A stretch of DNA of 64,000 nt, taken from a virus (lineage: Duplodnaviria; Caudoviricetes). Shown here piece by piece: positions 58,453 to 64,000 of the stretch. How positions within the stretch are numbered: position 1 is the stretch's first letter; the number at the start of each line of letters is the position of its first letter. The notes beneath the pieces were generated by a model. The model made no database searches and was not told the DNA's origin. It saw only the letters and a list, made by a program, of their open reading frames with translations. The position numbers were made by a program, and so were the translations under genes. The DNA is taken from IMG/VR virus record IMGVR_UViG_3300037067_003221, positions 64,001 to 128,000 of that record; one strand, 5' to 3'.

Positions 58453-61404
58453 TTAGTATGCCTTTGGCTCGTATGTCTCCCCGGAGCCTGCTAATTTCTT
58501 AGTTGGATCGCCAGGGGGATTAGATTCACAAGCACCACCTAATGGATCAGTAGGGTCTGCGAATCCTTTTGGTTCGGAAACCGTATAAGGATCACTTTTA
58601 CCAGGGGTATAATTACAATGTAACCCCGCGATAGTTGCTTTCATAGAAGAATAAAATGACCATGCTGCAAATAATGCTCCAAATATATGGCAGAAATTAT
58701 TCATACTGCCATCACAAGGTTGCCCTGTGCCTGTATGGGCGCATGGACCACTATCACAACCAGCCCCAGATTTACCAGTAGTTACTATAGTAGGTGTAAT
58801 ATAAGTTACATTTACTTCATAACTACAACCCAATCGATAATTTGGTTCGCCGCAGGCTGTAGGTTTTTCTTTCTTCTTATCCTTTTGACCACCACCACCA
58901 GTTTGATTTTTGTTCATTTGGTTGTCTGTATTTTTGTAATCTGAACTTACAGCACGTTTCCATGCTTCAAATACAGGGTCGGGTTCTTCAATATCCATAA
59001 CGTCAGAAATCTGACAGACCACCACTGGATATGTATCTCCATAATCTGATGGAAATTGATCGCCAGATGAAAGAATAATTCTTCTTTCATCTTGCAACAC
59101 AACGTCGCCACCACGTAGGATATGCCCAGCAGGTGGAGTCACTGTAAACGCATAACCAGCACCAGCATTTGCTTCTTCTGCTGTCAGCGGAAAGATCATA
59201 GCGGGATCGATAGCTGCTGGCCAGAAGAATGGATAAGGTGCCGTTTCACCAGAACGTATTGGAGTCAAGCACTCAAAATGTATTGTATTATTTTCATTAT
59301 TATATTGGGCACTAGTGATAATCACCTTTACAGGTGTTGCTGACAAGTGAGAAATATTTAATGTAATACAATCGAATACATCTAAATCCAACATGCTTAG
59401 TGGTGTATCAAACTCTACTGTTTTCCAAGTATTTGCCGTTCTTATAAGCCAGAACGTAGCAGATTTCAAAATTGTATCAAATGTATTTTGTGTATAATAG
59501 TTATGGTCCTCCGTATAAATACCATACTTTGACACATTATGTTTTAGAACAATTTTTTGATCCGGGTCGGTTTCCCTTAATATTGGAGCGTCTGTTTGTC
59601 TCCAAGAGATAACTTGTTTGGTCCCTAGATTCTCAGTCTCAGTGTACTGAATCTTAAAGGAACTTACTACAATATCATCGGTCGTTAAAGTGCGAACGGA
59701 TGTTGGTTCTAATGCAAGGTACTTAATGTACAATGTATCGCCACGAATATAAACAGCACATCTTGATTGATATGCAATATCCTGAATAGTTTGAAAAACA
59801 CTTTGTTTGGTTTTTACATAAAAATTAGTAGGATAGTTTGTTAGACTAGTTTTTACTGCCGCAAAAGATGTTGCATCGATGCTCATTGCAGGCAGATATT
59901 TGTCAACTAACCACTCTATAATATCGCAGGGATTTGGTCCAACGTCGGATGTGAATGAAACATAAATTTCATCGCTCCATTTTTCATCCGTGCTACTTAG
60001 TTTTTCTGCAAAACCAATTTCAACTACTGTATAACCATCGTAGTCAGTTTCATAAACAGTGTAAAGAGAAGTCGGGACAGTCATCAATAGTTCTCTATTG
60101 GACTTTTCACCTTGTTTCTTATACGCTGCGACGTTGTTAATAGTGCCTGGAATCAAACTCACAATATGTAAAATCTCAGCCTCAGCCTCCAAGAATACTT
60201 CTGTACCAGCCGGGAGCCAACAAAAGTTGGACGTGGCCATGTCATCGTAGGCTTTCTGAGAAGCAGTCGGACCACCTTCATTAGTGATATTTAGACCGCC
60301 AACAGTGTCACAAGTCTCTTCTTCGGCATTCCGTGGATACTTCCAAGTTAAAGACGTTGTATCAAAGGTCCAAGCGTCTGTCCAAGCTGTTCGTTGTAAA
60401 CTATAACCTCTGTCGCCTGGATCGTGACAGTCTAGGTCAGCAGGGTCGGTTTTAGCAAAGTCTGGGTGCCAGCGAGATTGTACATGGAAAGTATTCCCAG
60501 TAAAATATCCTCTAAATTTAGCACCTTCAATATTTAATGTTACGACAGTTGTTTGAGGAAACTTGTCTCCTCCGATAACAGTAAAAGATGAATGTTCATA
60601 AGCTACCTGTTGATCGTACAGTGTTAGTAATGCACAGATTGTATCAAATCTATTTGCAATACAAGTAGGATCAGGTTGTGTTCGAGCCACAGTTACAGTG
60701 CCCAAAGCACCCGTGCCGCTACCGAGAGTTGGTATTGTTGTTTCCCCATCTGGAACGTCAGGACAACTGATATAACGAGCCTGACAAATTCTAGGCTCTA
60801 AAGTAAAGTCATGTACGCCTTCGCCCGCATAGAGATACCCTTTGCGAGGGGATCGAACTTGTACTGCTTCCATATTACAAACAGTACCAAAAACTAATGG
60901 CCATACTTTTCCTAACGCATCGCTAGGAACATTTGGGAAGTCTCCTTCTTCCATTGAGAAAGCAACTTCATTATCTTGATTGGTTGTAGCAATATCAAAA
61001 CTAAGGGTACGTGCGCCTTCGTCCCAAACAATTGGGCTTGAAATTTCGCCCTTGAAAATCAGGAACTTTTGTCCATCGGCGAGTCCTTTGAAAGTTTGAT
61101 ATAGCCAACATGGGCGTTTATGAATATCTTGAGTATCAAGAATTGCCTTGATACCACCATCAATATCATCCAATACAACGGAGATTGCCTGAGAATCACT
61201 TGCTCCTGTTAATTTTAGAGCAGTATCAAAGTTGCTGACAGAAACAATAGCGGGGGACGGATAATCACTGCCGTTAATTTTTTGGTCGGCATAAGCCACT
61301 TTCACACTGTCGCTAGTGGACCATGCTACTTCAAGAATAAAGATAGGTTCTGTCCCGTAGTGTGTCTGTAGTTTTAATAAAGCCTCTGGCGATATAACTC
61401 TCAT
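58453..61404 (-). CDS. Tail tip/hub-like structural protein
   Basis: 983 aa; GKVWPLVFG, NPCDIIEWL, DVFDCITL; follows Dit-like genes. Confidence 0.7.
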   Translation of the reverse strand: MRVISPEALLKLQTHYGTEPIFILEVAWSTSDSVKVAYADQKINGSDYPSPAIVSVSNFDTALKLTGASDSQAISVVLDDIDGGIKAILDTQDIHKRPCWLYQTFKGLADGQKFLIFKGEISSPIVWDEGARTLSFDIATTNQDNEVAFSMEEGDFPNVPSDALGKVWPLVFGTVCNMEAVQVRSPRKGYLYAGEGVHDFTLEPRICQARYISCPDVPDGETTIPTLGSGTGALGTVTVARTQPDPTCIANRFDTICALLTLYDQQVAYEHSSFTVIGGDKFPQTTVVTLNIEGAKFRGYFTGNTFHVQSRWHPDFAKTDPADLDCHDPGDRGYSLQRTAWTDAWTFDTTSLTWKYPRNAEEETCDTVGGLNITNEGGPTASQKAYDDMATSNFCWLPAGTEVFLEAEAEILHIVSLIPGTINNVAAYKKQGEKSNRELLMTVPTSLYTVYETDYDGYTVVEIGFAEKLSSTDEKWSDEIYVSFTSDVGPNPCDIIEWLVDKYLPAMSIDATSFAAVKTSLTNYPTNFYVKTKQSVFQTIQDIAYQSRCAVYIRGDTLYIKYLALEPTSVRTLTTDDIVVSSFKIQYTETENLGTKQVISWRQTDAPILRETDPDQKIVLKHNVSKYGIYTEDHNYYTQNTFDTILKSATFWLIRTANTWKTVEFDTPLSMLDLDVFDCITLNISHLSATPVKVIITSAQYNNENNTIHFECLTPIRSGETAPYPFFWPAAIDPAMIFPLTAEEANAGAGYAFTVTPPAGHILRGGDVVLQDERRIILSSGDQFPSDYGDTYPVVVCQISDVMDIEEPDPVFEAWKRAVSSDYKNTDNQMNKNQTGGGGQKDKKKEKPTACGEPNYRLGCSYEVNVTYITPTIVTTGKSGAGCDSGPCAHTGTGQPCDGSMNNFCHIFGALFAAWSFYSSMKATIAGLHCNYTPGKSDPYTVSEPKGFADPTDPLGGACESNPPGDPTKKLAGSGETYEPKAY

Positions 61405-61787
61405 TATTCAGCCTCCTCAAAGTCAAATGCGACATCCATAATCTCTCGCCCCGGGAAATTTAAGGCTCGACCAGTGCCACTCAATTCAAATGGATTGGTT
61501 TGAAAATATCCTATCCATACATTTGCTTCGTGATCTGTAATACGGACAATAGAACCAAAGTATGATTGAAAGAATGCTTCCAATTCTAAGGCTTTATTAC
61601 GTGATAATTGGAATGCCCAATGTAATTTTTTACGATCACCCTTGGCATGTCTATATGTATAGAGTTTCCCTGTCATCGTTCTCATGGTTTTAACCGTCGC
61701 CACAACAGCACTCGAATCTCCCCAGTTTGGACTGGGGAGGATGACGGTGGTTTGCATCGAAGGATATGGTGCTTCTATACGGAACAT
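61404..61787 (-). CDS. Distal-tail-like protein
   Basis: RTMTGKL..L.W.F.LS..L..F..ITDHE..W.G..FDFE; homologous to the C-terminal domain of 61790..63274. Confidence 0.6.
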   Translation of the reverse strand: MFRIEAPYPSMQTTVILPSPNWGDSSAVVATVKTMRTMTGKLYTYRHAKGDRKKLHWAFQLSRNKALELEAFFQSYFGSIVRITDHEANVWIGYFQTNPFELSGTGRALNFPGREIMDVAFDFEEAE

Positions 61788-61789
61788 AA

Positions 61790-63274
61790 TTAAACTACCA
61801 CGTATGATACTGTTTCATTGAGAGTAAGATTATTTCCTGGCACTATGTATTCAACAATAACGCCTTCAAACTCAAAACCAACACTCCATTTATTTTTACC
61901 ATCGTGAGTGGCCGGTTCGTTAGGAGTTGTTATAACTCCAATCCATTCTCGACCTTCCCAATCAGTGATATTTATTTCTTCACCTAGATGTGTTTCAATA
62001 AATGTTTGTAAGACATATACTTCGTTAGAAGTTAAACCAGTAAAGTTACAAACAACCGTATTTATCTTAGGCCAATTAGGATCGGCGAATACACTTAGTT
62101 TACCGCCTCTTGTTTCACGGCTTATTCTTGTAAAATTAAGTCTATCCCTATTTTCAAATTCAGGGGCGGGGAGTGTAACTGTGTCAGTAAATTCGCCTGT
62201 GGCTGGGAAAGACATTTGAAATCTTTCCGTTGAATTACTATTCACTGCGACAGGTAGGGTAATACTTGGAGCATCCGGGATTCCTGATACAGTTGATTCT
62301 CCGACAAAAGGTGTGTATTGTTTATTTGTACACGGCCGTATTAAATAGTAGGCCAAAGAATGTCCTATTGCAAGCGACTCAACAACTGATCTTAAAAAAT
62401 CTGCATGGTATTCTACGACACCATATAGTGTCATCGAATCAACTAAGGCTTGATAACGGCCAAATGCTACAGTCTCATTGAAGGTCAAAGAGTCTGTGAC
62501 CGAAATAATAAGGTGTGAAGCCGACCCAGTAAATGTTAGCGTATCAGAAATCGTATAGGTACGAGTTCTTGATATTAAATCAACTAGCGTTAAAACGTCG
62601 TTGATTGTTTGTCGGATATTGGGATTATATCCTGTCGCCGTGCCATTGAAAAATAAATTCTGGGCAACAACACCCCAACGAGTCGCATTGTATCCCGTGG
62701 CAACTTCTGTAAATGAGAAGCTGTCATATACATATCTGGCTGTCGGTTTTTCCGCAACCACGACTTCGTTAAATGTTAAAGAGTCCCCTGTTGGATTAAA
62801 ATCATTTGGTACGTGTAAATGGATGACTGTTTCATCAAAAGTTAAATCCTCAGTAACGTCTCCTAATTTAACAATTGAAACGCCATCAGTTAGACTCATT
62901 GAATCATTAACTGAACGATTCCACACCATATTTGCTGTGGCGACAGTATCATTAAATGCTAATGAATCTGTAACTGTTCGTGGATGCCATAATTCTGATG
63001 TTGCTACTCCGTTCAAAGAGAACGAATCATTTACTACTTTTGTACTCCCTGAAACTAGTTCATAAACAACTGTTTCATTGCATGAGAGTGAATCAGTAAC
63101 AACGCGAGGACCAGCTAATAATGTGAAGGTTGCTACATCATTAACTGAGAAAGAATCAAAGACTGTCGGAGAAGTCAATGATAATAGCACGTAGGCATAT
63201 TGGCGTGTAACTCGCAACTTTCCGCTGCCGGGTCCAAGCACAGAAACGTATTGTCGAGTTACTCGTTGGGTCAT
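61790..63274 (-). CDS. Tail protein with (V.DSL.FNE.V) repeats and a C-terminal Dit-like domain
   Basis: About 12 degenerate repeats; C-terminal domain similar to 61404..61787. Confidence 0.7.
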   Translation of the reverse strand: MTQRVTRQYVSVLGPGSGKLRVTRQYAYVLLSLTSPTVFDSFSVNDVATFTLLAGPRVVTDSLSCNETVVYELVSGSTKVVNDSFSLNGVATSELWHPRTVTDSLAFNDTVATANMVWNRSVNDSMSLTDGVSIVKLGDVTEDLTFDETVIHLHVPNDFNPTGDSLTFNEVVVAEKPTARYVYDSFSFTEVATGYNATRWGVVAQNLFFNGTATGYNPNIRQTINDVLTLVDLISRTRTYTISDTLTFTGSASHLIISVTDSLTFNETVAFGRYQALVDSMTLYGVVEYHADFLRSVVESLAIGHSLAYYLIRPCTNKQYTPFVGESTVSGIPDAPSITLPVAVNSNSTERFQMSFPATGEFTDTVTLPAPEFENRDRLNFTRISRETRGGKLSVFADPNWPKINTVVCNFTGLTSNEVYVLQTFIETHLGEEINITDWEGREWIGVITTPNEPATHDGKNKWSVGFEFEGVIVEYIVPGNNLTLNETVSYVVV

Positions 63275-64000
63275 GGCACCATTACTCCAAATTGAGCAGC
63301 ATTAAAATTGCTCACGGACCAAGCACTATTTGTGTTAGGATCAGTTTCTAAAATATTACTGACAGTTGTGTAACTGGTTATTACAGTTAAATTTGCACTA
63401 TTTACAGTAGTCGCACCTGATACACATTGAACCTGTAATGTACTATTAGCAGAAGTATCCTCACAGTCAACACAAACCATTGCACCTTTAATTGAATTTA
63501 ATACACTTAGATTTGCAAAATCATATAGATCAATATGGCCACTTGTAGAATCCTCTACATAGGTTGTATTGTCGTCAACAGGATTTTCATCTACCAGCGT
63601 ATAATGAGTACCATTTGCCGAAGGTGTCCATTGAACAGTCCCAGAGTCTCCACTGGGGTATATGGTTTCAACTCTTACATTGCCTAAAAATCCAGTAGCT
63701 CCGTTCGTGGCATATACATCATCAACTGTTAGAGTACCTTTCCAGTTATACCCATAAATCCAAAAACCATCAATATATGTATGGGCACCAAGTTTATGGG
63801 TGTCACTTCCACTGAATACAGTAGTACCACCTAAACGCAACTCATAGTTAAAATTAGTCGCACTAGTACAAACTATTTGTATTTCAAAATAGTACCAAAC
63901 ATTGGCATTTAATATAAATGTTGAAGTAGCAATTGTTTGCCAAGCACTTGAATAATAGGTTTTTAATTTTAACTTACCATCCATCGTCATACAGATTTGA
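63271..64000 (-). CDS. Virion structural protein, beta-rich (likely 5'-truncated by the window edge)
   Basis: WYYFEI, IDDVY-like motif, TDPNT..W..N..QFG C-terminus. Confidence 0.6.
   Translation of the reverse strand, partial: QICMTMDGKLKLKTYYSSAWQTIATSTFILNANVWYYFEIQIVCTSATNFNYELRLGGTTVFSGSDTHKLGAHTYIDGFWIYGYNWKGTLTVDDVYATNGATGFLGNVRVETIYPSGDSGTVQWTPSANGTHYTLVDENPVDDNTTYVEDSTSGHIDLYDFANLSVLNSIKGAMVCVDCEDTSANSTLQVQCVSGATTVNSANLTVITSYTTVSNILETDPNTNSAWSVSNFNAAQFGVMVP

Noticed and set aside
1-64000. Stop-codon reassignment, prophage boundaries, DGR or retron
   Set aside because: Genes are intact in the standard code with all three stops used; no suppressor tRNA, integrase, host flank or reverse transcriptase was seen

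Overview
This is a 64-kb segment of a large tailed dsDNA phage genome; no host housekeeping operons, integrase or CRISPR array are visible. The host is probably Planctomycetota, inferred from a planctomycete-type TatA and a planctomycete-type 'LRLDMKY..FDLEATRRERD' protein. Layout: (1) 1-~22 kb is an early/accessory arm on the minus strand, with many small ORFs, repeated sigma70-type promoters (mostly feeding leaderless ATGs), tRNAs, a Ro60 (TROVE) gene preceded by Y-RNA-like and tRNA-like RNAs, TatA, SPFH and a tandem array of seven 'FxGGPP' paralogues. (2) ~20.9-52 kb holds minus-strand nucleotide, replication and modification genes: NDT-like + DeoC, DNA methyltransferase, Bcs1-like AAA, Cas4-like nuclease, radical SAM, RNA and DNA ligases, sigma-like factor, PolA, HMW1C-like glycosyltransferase + sugar C-methyltransferase, SNF2-like helicase and ParB. 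(3) A ~380-bp nested inverted repeat at 52.05-52.43 kb marks the strand switch (origin/divergent-promoter candidate). (4) A plus-strand block encodes primase-helicase, DUF5664 and two DEDD exonucleases. (5) A convergent tail module runs off the right end. Best candidates for undescribed biology: the Ro60 ncRNA cluster, which includes a circularly permuted tRNA-Y RNA chimera and mini-Y RNAs with anticodon-like loops; the seven-gene GGPP array; and a possible virion N-glycosylation system. All calls are by manual motif and base-pair inspection; no searches were run.
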